A stretch of DNA of 64,000 nucleotides. It comes from a virus. Each line of letters opens with the position of its first letter. Within the stretch, counting starts at the first letter, position 1. This document shows, one piece after another, positions 1-9,200 of the stretch. The DNA lies in IMG/VR virus record IMGVR_UViG_3300009506_003033, positions 20,499-84,498 of that record; one strand, 5' to 3'. The position numbers and the translations under genes are program-made. The notes below the pieces were generated by a model, which did no database searches, was not told where the DNA came from, and saw only the letters and a list, made by a program, of their open reading frames with translations.

Positions 1-30
1 GGGACGGGGCATTTCCCAGCCGGCGGTGAT

Positions 31-264
31 TCATTCAACAACTGCTTTCCACAGCACGCATCCGAAAGATTCCGTGCATCGCAGTGCCGCGAAGTAGCCA
101 CTCCTGTCTTCCACTGCTGCCAGCCATTCCTCCTCTTCATCGTAGGGTTCCCGTGTCGCGTGCTGCGGGCCATGTATCGCGTTGCATCTTCCCACATCCG
201 GCCAAATCGTCTCGGTCAACGGGCCGGACCAGTGAGCACATGTGCCACATGTTCTATTGACCAT
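31..264 (-). CDS. Small Cys-rich hypothetical protein
   Basis: MVNRTCGTCAHW...FGCVLW; likely start at 264, downstream of the palindrome at 299-327. Confidence 0.5.
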   Translation of the reverse strand: MVNRTCGTCAHWSGPLTETIWPDVGRCNAIHGPQHATREPYDEEEEWLAAVEDRSGYFAALRCTESFGCVLWKAVVE

Positions 265-298
265 TTCGGATGCCTTTTTGCGTTTTTCTCGGGATTTT

Positions 299-327
299 TC
301 CCAAGCGGTAAAATTTACCGCTTGGGA
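299..327. promoter_or_regulatory. 29-bp dyad, candidate operator or parS-like site (copy 1)
   Basis: TCCCAAGCGGTAAA-A-TTTACCGCTTGGGA, 14-bp perfect arms; related copy at 19566-19590. Confidence 0.6.
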
Positions 328-363
328 GAGTTGCCCCAAAGTGGGGATGCCTTATGTCATGCT

Positions 364-747
364 TCAGCGAATATCCAGCACGCCAGGATATCGCTTGTTG
401 AAGAGCACGAGCCAGGACTGCACTAGTGCTTTTTGTCTCTCAGTGACATCGCTGTCGTCGTACAGCCACTTTGGAGTGTTTGTGTGAATCCAATCCTGAA
501 CTTGTTCACAAGTCTGATCTGGTGTTATCAGTTTTCCATTTTTCCAGATGTCATAGAGACCATTACTGCTGGCGGCAACGATTTCGTAGCCTGCGAGCCG
601 CGGGACTGGGGATGCTGCGAAAACCACGTCGCCTCGACGAAATACGATCGCAAGCATGCCGAATCCCTTGCGATTCTTCAAGGCTAGTAACCGCATTAAC
701 TGTGCGTCGCCGCCAGGAATACCAGGTACAATGTTGACATTCTGCAT
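364..747 (-). CDS. Hypothetical protein
   Basis: 127-aa ORF in the leftward operon, purine-rich RBS (GAAAGGG) upstream. Confidence 0.55.
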   Translation of the reverse strand: MQNVNIVPGIPGGDAQLMRLLALKNRKGFGMLAIVFRRGDVVFAASPVPRLAGYEIVAASSNGLYDIWKNGKLITPDQTCEQVQDWIHTNTPKWLYDDSDVTERQKALVQSWLVLFNKRYPGVLDIR

Positions 748-790
748 TTTGTTTACCCTTTCAATGGAACTTGTTAGCTGACATTGGATT

Positions 791-1003
791 TCAGCTGATT
801 CGCAACACCTGCACTAGCCAATCCCGGATCGCATCGTGCATCGGGTGCCCTTCGCCCAAGATGATCGCCGCCAGCAACACGCCAGACAATCCGCCGACGA
901 CAACCTCGAAGCCGATGAACAGCCGGATCACCCACCGTTGTATCGCTCTCCGGCGCCGTGTCTTGCGTAGCTGGTGTTGTCTACGGTTCATTGAATCCAT
1001 CAT
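791..1003 (-). CDS. Small membrane protein
   Basis: Basic N-terminus then one hydrophobic segment; overlaps the stop of the upstream gene. Confidence 0.45.
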   Translation of the reverse strand: MMDSMNRRQHQLRKTRRRRAIQRWVIRLFIGFEVVVGGLSGVLLAAIILGEGHPMHDAIRDWLVQVLRIS

Positions 1004-1560
1004 CGAATATTAAATTGACTCATTTTGTTTCGTGGCCAGAGCCAGCCACCTTTCCCTCGTCTGCCACGATCTGCTTTGAATTTGCCTCCAGGCCAATCTT
1101 TGCGGTGATCACCGTATGTGAAAACATCAGCCAGCGAAATAAATAGCCACTTAGGAGGGCCATCGATTGGGCTTTCTTCATTGTCATCAAGCGGCGATTT
1201 CTCTTCGTGAATTACCAATATTACCGGAGATTCACTTTTCTTCGCGACTGTTTGATATTCCTCTAGCAGCGAGAAATCAATCCCATGTTCCCATCGTGGC
1301 CCTGGAGGATATCGTCTCCAAGTGGCAACTGCCTTTGCCTTGACTTCGTGCCATTGCACCATGCGAGCCATCAGGAGCATATCAGGGGCAACGAGTGCCG
1401 TCGTATCGACAAATATAAGCGGTGCTTTGCATTTTGCGTCTTGTTCAACCATTCCATATGTCGGTAAAACGACGTGACCACGTTTTGCCATCATCCTGGC
1501 CCATTTCTTTTGGGCACTGTCGCCTATTTTCCATTCCCGTGTTTCATGAAACTCGCTCAT
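1000..1560 (-). CDS. Putative PD-(D/E)XK nuclease
   Basis: APDMLL...WHEVKAK motif; overlaps the MTase gene. Confidence 0.6.
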   Translation of the reverse strand: MSEFHETREWKIGDSAQKKWARMMAKRGHVVLPTYGMVEQDAKCKAPLIFVDTTALVAPDMLLMARMVQWHEVKAKAVATWRRYPPGPRWEHGIDFSLLEEYQTVAKKSESPVILVIHEEKSPLDDNEESPIDGPPKWLFISLADVFTYGDHRKDWPGGKFKADRGRRGKGGWLWPRNKMSQFNIR

Positions 1561-2521
1561 AGATCATTCCAAACTTGGCGAAATGTTTCGCAAACTTCTT
1601 CGGTGCTTTTCCGAGGTATAATACGGCCTGCCCCTGTAGTGGACAGCTCTCGGTACCCTCGTCATCCCACCACTTCAGCCGTCCCTTGGGAAAGCAGATT
1701 GACGCGGCCAACGTGCCTACCGACTGGAACCACGATGTCTCCGTGGCGTTGTTCACAAGCACGCACGCCGCCGTAACATCGCCAGACTGATATGATTCTG
1801 CCAGTTTCGTCATGAATGAATCAATGAGGCCAGAAGCGTACGGCGGATTCAACCAGACTCGTCCAGTCCATTTTTTGTCGCGGCCGTCGGTTTCCGCCGT
1901 GTAGAACTTCTTGGCCTTGATGACTTCCTGTGCCGCTTCGGACGTCGCGGGATCCAAGTCGATGTCCCCCATCGTTGCCCGGGCCGCTTCGATGTATTCA
2001 GGAGGTGTGTACCATTCCGGCTGGCCGGTGTTCTGCGAGACGTGGGCCGCCTCGTTGGACGTACCCAAGTGCGGCACCGTTTTCTTGGCTTCGTTGTAGA
2101 ACTTCTGGATGTATGCTTGTAGTTTTTTCTCCGTCGAGTACTTCAGTCGCATCCGTTGACATGTGGCCGATAGATGTTCGTCAATGGCCAAATCCTCCAA
2201 TCTGCAAATCTGCACTTTTGCAGATTTGCATCGTAAGTGCTGATTTGACGGCCGTTTAGCTTTACCCCTTCCAAACACCCCGGCATCCTTCAGCCCGATG
2301 ATCTGCCCACCTAGATGCCAGCCGTTAATGACGACTTGGCTTCCGAGCTCGAATGCCTTCGGGTAGTCTGTGTTCATAGCCAGCAGGTGATCCCGTGCCG
2401 CCGATAGCACTCTTCCCCATGCCGCACGTTGTTCTGCTGGCATCGTTTTGGTGATTGCATGCAACTCTTCCTTTGTCATTTGCTCCAGCGGTTTCCCTGG
2501 AATCTCGGCAAGTTCGCCCAT
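1544..2521 (-). CDS. Phage DNA N6-adenine methyltransferase (Dam-like) with N-terminal extension
   Basis: EWYTPPEYIEAAR..IDLDPA and VWLNPPY motifs. Confidence 0.85.
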   Translation of the reverse strand: MGELAEIPGKPLEQMTKEELHAITKTMPAEQRAAWGRVLSAARDHLLAMNTDYPKAFELGSQVVINGWHLGGQIIGLKDAGVFGRGKAKRPSNQHLRCKSAKVQICRLEDLAIDEHLSATCQRMRLKYSTEKKLQAYIQKFYNEAKKTVPHLGTSNEAAHVSQNTGQPEWYTPPEYIEAARATMGDIDLDPATSEAAQEVIKAKKFYTAETDGRDKKWTGRVWLNPPYASGLIDSFMTKLAESYQSGDVTAACVLVNNATETSWFQSVGTLAASICFPKGRLKWWDDEGTESCPLQGQAVLYLGKAPKKFAKHFAKFGMIYERVS

Positions 2522-2561
2522 TCATCAGCCTCCCTGAAGATATTCGCATGAAAAAACGTCC

Positions 2562-2918
2562 CTAGTCGCGACGGGCCACCGAGGCACGTTCGCGTTCCAA
2601 AATCCGGTAAGCCTCTTCGATCATACCGTCGACGGCTTCTTTTGAAATGTCGACGTTATGTTTCCGAGCCAATGCGGGCCATTCTGTTTTCCAGACATCC
2701 AAGGCATGACATTCGCAACCGATCGCTACGTAGCGCCACGGAATCAGCAAAAAAGCATCTTCGCCATCTATCGTTCCTATGTTAGTATTGTAGCCGTAGC
2801 CGGAGCCGTAGCCGGAGCCGTAGCCGGAGCCGTCGCCGTCGCCGTAGCCGTAGCCGGAGCCGGAGCCGGAGCCGTAGCCGTAGCCGGAGCCGGAGCCGAG
2901 ATGAATATCTATGGCCAT
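2562..2918 (-). CDS. Gly-rich (GSGYGYG) phage protein
   Basis: In-frame Gly-X repeats then a VAIGCECH domain; coupled to the upstream gene. Confidence 0.7.
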   Translation of the reverse strand: MAIDIHLGSGSGYGYGSGSGSGYGYGDGDGSGYGSGYGSGYGYNTNIGTIDGEDAFLLIPWRYVAIGCECHALDVWKTEWPALARKHNVDISKEAVDGMIEEAYRILERERASVARRD

Positions 2919-3199
2919 GCTTCAATCTCTTTCGCTGCAGTCTGTGATACAGACAGATATTGACAGACATGTTCTGTGGCAGTTACCTCCACAGTATCTG
3001 TCAATTGCGTGTCACCACGCGGACCATTTTGTGCCAAGCCAAATAATCCTTTGCAGGCGGCATCCCAATACAAAACCATTCGTGCGCGATGCAATGTGAT
3101 CGGTGATCCGACGATTGGTTCCGCATCAGTCCAACCGTAGACAACACATTTACCAGTTTTGCCACAGCATATTATCCACGATCGTTGATTTGCTGACAT
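2909..3199 (-). CDS. Small beta-rich phage protein (DUF6948-like)
   Basis: GGAG RBS; ITLHRARMVLYW..GLFGLAQNGP, a type often found next to GxGYG proteins in phages. Confidence 0.6.
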   Translation of the reverse strand: MSANQRSWIICCGKTGKCVVYGWTDAEPIVGSPITLHRARMVLYWDAACKGLFGLAQNGPRGDTQLTDTVEVTATEHVCQYLSVSQTAAKEIEAWP

Positions 3200-3212
3200 G
3201 ATTGTTCTCCAG

Positions 3213-3321
3213 CAAAGAAAAACGCTCCTAGTCACGTCGGGCCAAACAGGCCAGGGACTAGCCCACCGTCGCGACCAAGAGCGTTGATTTCCTGTCCCTG
3301 TTCATGCGGGTTTGGCTCCGC
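3213..3321 (-). ncRNA. C4/CI-like structured leader RNA, copy 1
   Basis: Leader a=GCCAAAC and b=CAGGGAC; long stem enclosing loop GTCCCTG and bulge GTTTGGC; U-tract. Confidence 0.65.
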
Positions 3322-3330
3322 GTTTCCCGA

Positions 3331-3358
3331 ATTCTACCACATTATACCCGCGTCTCAA
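3331..3358 (-). promoter_or_regulatory. Sigma70-type promoter
   Basis: TTGAGA-16 nt-TAGAAT on the minus strand, just upstream of leader RNA 1. Confidence 0.55.
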
Positions 3359-3482
3359 AATCCATATTAATCTTTAAAAGTCGAGCACGGATATCCGATT
3401 CCTTGTAACCCAGACAATATCGCCGAATTGCCTCTTCGCGTTCTTGGCGATGACGGGATATCATAGTTAGGCCTCCGTCTGT

Positions 3483-3881
3483 CTAATAGCTCAATACGGC
3501 CAGGCAATACAATGCAGGCATCATGCCACGAACTCCTTTGGAATGCAACAAGTCGTCAGTTCTAGCAATGACGCTTTCCGTTAGCGCAGGAACCTCCATG
3601 TGCGGTAAACCGAATCGATGCGAACAAGTTTCCGCAACCAACAACCCGAGATACCATCCATCCCTGTTTTCATAGTCGACATGATGTATAATCGTGCCGT
3701 CCCATAGCTCGGTATCATCTATGGCAATTGCGACGCCACTTTTTGTTGCATATCCTTTTGTTTTGACTATGGCTCCATAGGGTTCTCCGGTAGTCTCGTT
3801 GTATTTGACTACTTGTTCATTTACATCAATGATCTCTATCGGTATGCCGTATACGATTTTGCATCTAATATCTAAACCCAT
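3483..3881 (-). CDS. Hypothetical protein
   Basis: 132-aa ORF, AGGAG RBS. Confidence 0.6.
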   Translation of the reverse strand: MGLDIRCKIVYGIPIEIIDVNEQVVKYNETTGEPYGAIVKTKGYATKSGVAIAIDDTELWDGTIIHHVDYENRDGWYLGLLVAETCSHRFGLPHMEVPALTESVIARTDDLLHSKGVRGMMPALYCLAVLSY

Positions 3882-3893
3882 TGTATTGCTCCT

Positions 3894-4919
3894 TTAAGCC
3901 ACCGTCTGCAAAGCCAGCTCAAAGGCGTTTCGGCAGTGCAAGTCATAACTGCCGAGCAGGCATCTGGCTGCTTTGGCCTCCGAGGTCCTCGCTTGATTCT
4001 GGACGGTCTCGGTGAAGGCGTTGAGCATCGTCCAGGCCGAGCCGCCGAACAGGCTGGATTCGATCTCCATGTTCGACAGACACTTTCCGATGAACTTAGC
4101 GGCCCGCTCCCGTTTCGCGTTGTCTTCTTCCGTCTTACCGCCAGACGGTACGGGGCCTCGCATCTTCGAATAGGCCGACAAAAAGAACAATTCGACCGCT
4201 GCCGTGTCAACGCTCGTGCTGGCCAAGCAATTCATGAGGCTGCGAGTTTCATCGATGGCGCGGCCGTAGAGCCCAAGTGCTGCCTTGGCATCGGCCACTC
4301 TCTTGCGAACGTCTCCTACGTGGCAAGCGACGAATGCCTGCGGAGTGAGTCGCTTCAGTCGGCCAGTCTCATGCTCCCGATCCGGGATGACAGCGTGCAT
4401 TGTGTTTGAGCATACAACCCTGATCGTCGTCGGCGTGCAGCGAATCGCTGTGCCGCCATCGTGGCCGTTGGAGACTAATATATAAGGACAAATGCCATCC
4501 TCGCTTTTGGCCGTCCGAACGCTGAACGAGCGGCCTTGAATCAGAAACCAGACTTTCTTTCCGCTGCGGATCGAACCGGCCGATTCGATGTGCACCGTGT
4601 CGTTCTGTTCGGCAAGCAGTTCGCAGAATTCGGCCAGTTCTGCGTTTTGAATGACATGATAACCCTTGGAGACGATCCCCAGCACTTCGCTAATGTCAGC
4701 CCGAACGTTGGCTACGACATCTGGTACTCGCTGTCCCAGCGGATCCTCGTGCTCGTCACGATGTGCTGAGAGCCACCACTGTTCAACTTCCCAGTCGAGC
4801 CCGAGTCGCTCCAAGGCCTCCCGCGGCGTAGGAGCATCTGGCCACACTTGGCCGAGTCCGTGCCAGGCACCTTGGCCTGCGAATCCTACGCTGTCAGTTA
4901 CTTCGATTTCATGCGCCAT
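3894..4919 (-). CDS. DUF932 family phage/plasmid protein
   Basis: MAHEIE..AWHGLG, SAGSIRSGKKVW, NGHDG, TTIRVVCSNT motifs. Confidence 0.9.
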   Translation of the reverse strand: MAHEIEVTDSVGFAGQGAWHGLGQVWPDAPTPREALERLGLDWEVEQWWLSAHRDEHEDPLGQRVPDVVANVRADISEVLGIVSKGYHVIQNAELAEFCELLAEQNDTVHIESAGSIRSGKKVWFLIQGRSFSVRTAKSEDGICPYILVSNGHDGGTAIRCTPTTIRVVCSNTMHAVIPDREHETGRLKRLTPQAFVACHVGDVRKRVADAKAALGLYGRAIDETRSLMNCLASTSVDTAAVELFFLSAYSKMRGPVPSGGKTEEDNAKRERAAKFIGKCLSNMEIESSLFGGSAWTMLNAFTETVQNQARTSEAKAARCLLGSYDLHCRNAFELALQTVA

Positions 4920-4954
4920 CTCTTCACCCTTTCATAAGTTTCCGTCCTAAAAAA

Positions 4955-5224
4955 TCAATCGATACTCGGGACGGGTCGATGAATCGATTGTTCATTTACG
5001 TTGTTGAGTTCGCGGCATAATATCGCGGCACACAGTGCAGCAAATTCTTTCGTGTTCGGCCGCTGATTCCCTCCCATGCCAGTTGTAAACAGTATGATTT
5101 TATCCTGGCAGCCCCAGCCATAAGTGCTACGCAAAAATTCGTACTCTGTAGCTTTTCGATTGATGACGGAAAGTTCCCAGTGTGTTTCTCCGTATTTTCC
5201 TTTTTCAAAGATTTCCCAAGCCAT
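4955..5224 (-). CDS. Hypothetical protein
   Basis: 89-aa ORF, GAGGG RBS. Confidence 0.5.
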   Translation of the reverse strand: MAWEIFEKGKYGETHWELSVINRKATEYEFLRSTYGWGCQDKIILFTTGMGGNQRPNTKEFAALCAAILCRELNNVNEQSIHRPVPSID

Positions 5225-5271
5225 TATATCCCTCTTTTCAATCGCGGCGAAAACAGATTGGCTTCACACTT

Positions 5272-5649
5272 TCAATTGTCCGCTCTAATGGAATTAGTCG
5301 ATGCCTGGAGCGGTTCAGCGCTTCGACATTCTAACATCGCGACTAGTCGTTTGAGCTTCTCGACAGAGAGCGAGGATAGATCGCGTTGACACAAGACGCG
5401 AATATGACGGATCAGTTCTCGCCGCAACTGATCCTCTCTAATTTGGTCCAGTTCTCCGTTTTCAGGTAGTCTGATGAATGTCGAATCCCACTGATTATGA
5501 CGGCCTATTTCGCGGCCATCGCGTTTTCGGAACGCTCTGTTGCACACAATGATGCGTGTTGGCGTCACGCGCTCAATACGGCAAATGTGATTCTTGTGAA
5601 GCGAGCACAAGATCAATTCGTCGCCGACTTGAACATTGTCGAGGCTCAC
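5272..5649 (-). CDS. Hypothetical protein (SH3-like N-terminus)
   Basis: LDNVQVGDEL..IERVTPTRIIV..FRKRDGREIG pattern. Confidence 0.6.
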   Translation of the reverse strand: MSLDNVQVGDELILCSLHKNHICRIERVTPTRIIVCNRAFRKRDGREIGRHNQWDSTFIRLPENGELDQIREDQLRRELIRHIRVLCQRDLSSLSVEKLKRLVAMLECRSAEPLQASTNSIRADN

Positions 5650-5791
5650 AGCAGACCCCTTCGATTCGTGTTGGTGTTTCTTTCAGCCGCCAGTTGCCGC
5701 GAAATTGGACCACCGAGCCACATCTGCTACACTCGCTGATGGGTCGAGCAGATATCATTTCGTGGCGGCAAGTACGACAAAACCATTTCAT
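5573..5791 (-). CDS. Zn-ribbon protein, first leftward gene
   Basis: CxxC..CxxC; GGGGAG RBS right after the leftward promoter. Confidence 0.5.
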   Translation of the reverse strand: MKWFCRTCRHEMISARPISECSRCGSVVQFRGNWRLKETPTRIEGVCCEPRQCSSRRRIDLVLASQESHLPY

Positions 5792-5806
5792 TTTTTGCTC
5801 CCCGTC

Positions 5807-5840
5807 TTGACAATTATAGCAGATGGGCTAGACTAGTCAA
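5807..5840. promoter_or_regulatory. Overlapping divergent promoters
   Basis: Plus strand TTGACA-16-TAGACT (5807-5834); minus strand TTGACT-16-TATAAT (5840-5813); located at the strand switch. Confidence 0.8.
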
Positions 5841-5851
5841 TAGAGGTTTCG

Positions 5852-6073
5852 ATGAGAAATTTGACGACGCGACAGGTGGCTGAAATTCTGCAGGTGACTC
5901 GCGGCCGAGTACGACAGTATGTATGCAGAGGGCAGCTCCAGGCCGGCAGGTTCAACCACGATCTGGAGTTTTCCCCGGAGGATGTGGAAAAATTCCGGCA
6001 AAAACTGGCCCAGCACCCGCTCGCAAACTGTCATGTGGCAACAATTTACGGTGATTCCGATGATCCCGGCTGA
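5852..6073 (+). CDS. Excisionase/Cro-like HTH DNA-binding protein
   Basis: LTTRQVAEILQVTRGRVRQYV..GQL. Confidence 0.8.
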   Translation: MRNLTTRQVAEILQVTRGRVRQYVCRGQLQAGRFNHDLEFSPEDVEKFRQKLAQHPLANCHVATIYGDSDDPG

Positions 6074-6113
6074 AAAATTCCGGGAAAAATTCGCCCGAGG
6101 GCCGTTTCCTGGG

Positions 6114-6141
6114 TTGACAGCTGTAGCAGTTGAGCTATAAT
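6114..6141 (+). promoter_or_regulatory. Sigma70 consensus promoter
   Basis: TTGACA-16-TATAAT with TAGC-N6-GCTA dyad in the spacer. Confidence 0.8.
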
Positions 6142-6191
6142 TGGAGCAGGATGAGGAAACGAACGGTACTCAAATTTGAAAGGGCGAAACG

Positions 6192-6383
6192 ATGAAGACG
6201 ACGATCAAACGGTTCAAAGTCAAATCAGAGGCGGAGGCCATTCAGTACGTCCAAAACCTGCGGCGCAATCATGACCGGATGGCCACCGTCGAGAAAGACG
6301 GAGATCAATATTATCTATGTGTCCCAATGGAGGTGCGAACCGTCCGGTACGACCAAATCATTGCGGCTTACCGGTTCAACTAG
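6192..6383 (+). CDS. Small early protein
   Basis: Preceded by the repeated GAA(A/G)GGG(C/T)GAAACG-ATG start motif. Confidence 0.6.
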   Translation: MKTTIKRFKVKSEAEAIQYVQNLRRNHDRMATVEKDGDQYYLCVPMEVRTVRYDQIIAAYRFN

Positions 6384-6455
6384 ATAATCATTTCGCCGGG
6401 GCGGTTCGCGTGTTGCGGCCGCCCGTGGCGAGACAATACTTGAAGGGGCGAAACG

Positions 6456-6689
6456 ATGACAAAAATTTGGTTTGACTGGCGAGATAAGCGAATTGCCATT
6501 TCAGCCGATGAAGTTGGATGGTATGGCGAAACACGACCGGTGCTGAGCGGCGTTGATCCTAGTGTTACATTGACTGCCGATGAATTGCGTGATCTGGCAT
6601 TAGCCCTAGATCAGCAGGATTATTCCGATTTCACGGTCAAACAGATGCCTTTTTCGGAATATCTGGATCTCGTCTATTTATCCGCATAG
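6456..6689 (+). CDS. Small early protein
   Basis: Same start motif. Confidence 0.6.
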   Translation: MTKIWFDWRDKRIAISADEVGWYGETRPVLSGVDPSVTLTADELRDLALALDQQDYSDFTVKQMPFSEYLDLVYLSA

Positions 6690-6722
6690 TGCGGTTCTCT
6701 CGTAACTTGAAAGGGTGAAACG

Positions 6723-7055
6723 ATGACAACAACGGATCCCTGGGTGCAAAATCAGATATCCCGTGCTCATCAGCAAATCGCGGGATCGACTGGCGATGAA
6801 ACCGATCGGCTTCATCCAACTATGTCATTTCAGTGGTGCTGCGGACCGGCTAACGGAGGTGAGTTGCCACCGGAAGAATGTCGATTACTCATAATCGATG
6901 GAACTGGTGGCAGCCGAGATGTCGACCTCATTCAGAAATCAGACGACGGAGATGAGGAATATTACATCCTGGATAATTACGGCGACGAATGGATTGGGCG
7001 ACTCGAACTCATTCTTTACTGGACTCGTGCTGATGCGTTGATTCCGGAGAAATGA
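6723..7055 (+). CDS. Small early protein
   Basis: Same start motif; acidic 110-aa ORF. Confidence 0.6.
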   Translation: MTTTDPWVQNQISRAHQQIAGSTGDETDRLHPTMSFQWCCGPANGGELPPEECRLLIIDGTGGSRDVDLIQKSDDGDEEYYILDNYGDEWIGRLELILYWTRADALIPEK

Positions 7056-7765
7056 TCATGAAAACCGACATCGCAATCGGAAACCGCGGAATACAATTAT
7101 CGAGCATTGTGGATTTGGGACGATTTGCTGAAATGGTAGCCCGCAGTCAATTGGCGCCGCTGGGTTTTCAACGGCCCGAACAGATTATGGTTGCCATACA
7201 ATACGGTGCCGAACTCGGCCTGACGCCGATGCAGTCCCTTCAGGGCTTGTGTGTCATCAATGGTCGCGTGGGGATGTCCGGTGACATGGCGAGGGCACTT
7301 GTAGAATCACATCCGGCCTGCAAATACGTCAAAGACAATGCGGCCGAGTTGGCTACAATGCCGCTCGAAAACGATAGCACTGCTGCTTGGGTGGAAGTCT
7401 GCCGTGCTGACAAGCAGCAGAAACCAACTCGTCGATACTTCAGCGTCGGAGACGCTAAGCTCGCCGGCCTCTGGGGCAAACGTGGCCACAATGGCCAACC
7501 GACGCCTTGGGTGACTTACCCGCGGCGCATGCTCTATTACCGCGCCCTCGGATTCGCACTACGGGATGGTATGCCCGACGTTCTTAAGGGAATCACCATC
7601 GCTGAGGAATTGGAGGATTATCCAAAACCTGGACTGCAATCTGGTGGCACACCTCCGTCGAGTACGCTGGACGAGCTGGCCGCAGAAATTGACGGAATAC
7701 ATTCACTCGGGACCAACGGCGTGGTTGGTCCCAATTCATTGGAGCACGAAAATGACGATGAATAG
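7052..7765 (+). CDS. RecT/Beta-like single-strand annealing protein
   Basis: AIQYGAELGLTPMQSLQ..VINGR, DAKLAGLW, PWVTYPRRML..RA. Confidence 0.85.
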   Translation: MIMKTDIAIGNRGIQLSSIVDLGRFAEMVARSQLAPLGFQRPEQIMVAIQYGAELGLTPMQSLQGLCVINGRVGMSGDMARALVESHPACKYVKDNAAELATMPLENDSTAAWVEVCRADKQQKPTRRYFSVGDAKLAGLWGKRGHNGQPTPWVTYPRRMLYYRALGFALRDGMPDVLKGITIAEELEDYPKPGLQSGGTPPSSTLDELAAEIDGIHSLGTNGVVGPNSLEHENDDE

Positions 7766-9200
7766 CAAATTTGAATTGACGAACGTGGGACCGATTAAGG
7801 GGCAATTTTCAATCGATCTTTCTGCCGGGCCGGGATTGTACGAACTTCGCGGCGGGAAGGGCACCGGCAAGTCAACGATCCTCTCGGCATTGTCATTGAT
7901 CAGCGGCCACAAAGTCTCGCTGACGGTCTATGACGGAGAATTGTCTGGCCAAATCAAAGGATTTGGAGTCGTTGCCCCAGTCGGGAGTCGGAAGCGAAAG
8001 AAAGGTGAGCTGGAACTAGAGACGATCGACACGACGCGATGTGATCTTGGGGACTTAATCGACCCTGACGGCAAGACCGCGGAAACACGCGACGCGGCAC
8101 GAATCAAAGCGCTTGCAGCACTATCCAATCTCCGCATGGTGCCGTCCGATTTCTATGAACTAGTAGGCGGTCAACAGTCCTTTGATGAGTTGGGTGTCCA
8201 AGACTCAGATGATGCCGTGACAATGTGCGGACGAGTGAAGTCGGCAATAGAGGAACAAGCCCGCAGACATGAGTCACTTGCGGAACGAGAACAAGGTTAC
8301 GCGAAAGCCAACTCTGAACGTTGCGATGGAATCGATGTAAACAGTGAATACGATCCGAACATACTGGCTATGGCAGCAGAGACGGCCGCACGGGATCTAG
8401 TGCGATTGAAAGACGGGAGAGAACGACGGTTGACTGCAGAGAAACAACGCGCATCTGCCACCGAGGCACTAGCCAAGGCTACAGCCGACTACACGGGTCC
8501 GTCGGTGGAAGAAGCCGCAGCCAACGTAGAAAAGGCTACGGAGAAACGCGACAAATTGCGGGATCAATTGGTAAAAGCCGTAGCCAATCTGAGGATTGCC
8601 GAGGAAAAAGCAACCGCTGCCGAGCAGCATCACAGAACGACAGTTGCATGGCGTGTTACCCTCGCCGAAGAATTGCCGCCTGAAGTAATAGAGCAGCAGA
8701 TTGCGGAGGCACAGATTAAACTGGAAACAGCACGTGCCGATCAAGAAATGGGCGTGCGGATCCGAGACGCACTGCAAGCATCCGAACAAGCCGCGAAGCA
8801 CAAAAGAGCTGCGGAACAGGCCATTACTATCGCGAAAAGGTACCGCGCGATCGCTGGCAATGTCTGGGACGTGCTGACGTCTAAGTTGGCGACACACGAA
8901 CTGAAAATCGAATCGGTGGATGGATATCCCCGACTCGTGGTACAGCATCCCAAACGCGGTAAGACTGTGTACGATTGCGACAATGGACTTTCGGATGGCG
9001 AGCGAGTACGAGTGGCAATCGACGAAATGCTACCGCGGCTGAAATCTCCCGGACTGCTGCCGTTGCCTCAGAGAATCTGGCAAGATTTACCTCCGAAGGA
9101 CAGATCAGAAATCGCCAGATACGCCATGGAAAAGGGACTCTACGTATTCGCGGCGCAGGTGACGGATGATGACCTTGGAGTCTATCGTTATGAATCGTGA
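7752..9200 (+). CDS. SMC/Rad50-like ATPase with coiled coil
   Basis: LTNVGPI, Walker A GGKGTGKS, long coiled coil, LSDGE signature. Confidence 0.75.
   Translation: MTMNSKFELTNVGPIKGQFSIDLSAGPGLYELRGGKGTGKSTILSALSLISGHKVSLTVYDGELSGQIKGFGVVAPVGSRKRKKGELELETIDTTRCDLGDLIDPDGKTAETRDAARIKALAALSNLRMVPSDFYELVGGQQSFDELGVQDSDDAVTMCGRVKSAIEEQARRHESLAEREQGYAKANSERCDGIDVNSEYDPNILAMAAETAARDLVRLKDGRERRLTAEKQRASATEALAKATADYTGPSVEEAAANVEKATEKRDKLRDQLVKAVANLRIAEEKATAAEQHHRTTVAWRVTLAEELPPEVIEQQIAEAQIKLETARADQEMGVRIRDALQASEQAAKHKRAAEQAITIAKRYRAIAGNVWDVLTSKLATHELKIESVDGYPRLVVQHPKRGKTVYDCDNGLSDGERVRVAIDEMLPRLKSPGLLPLPQRIWQDLPPKDRSEIARYAMEKGLYVFAAQVTDDDLGVYRYES

Noticed and set aside
2790-2898. (T/G)AGCCG hexamer repeat as a further guide array
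   Set aside because: Period 6, in frame, encoding Gly-Ser/Tyr/Asp in a plausible gene.
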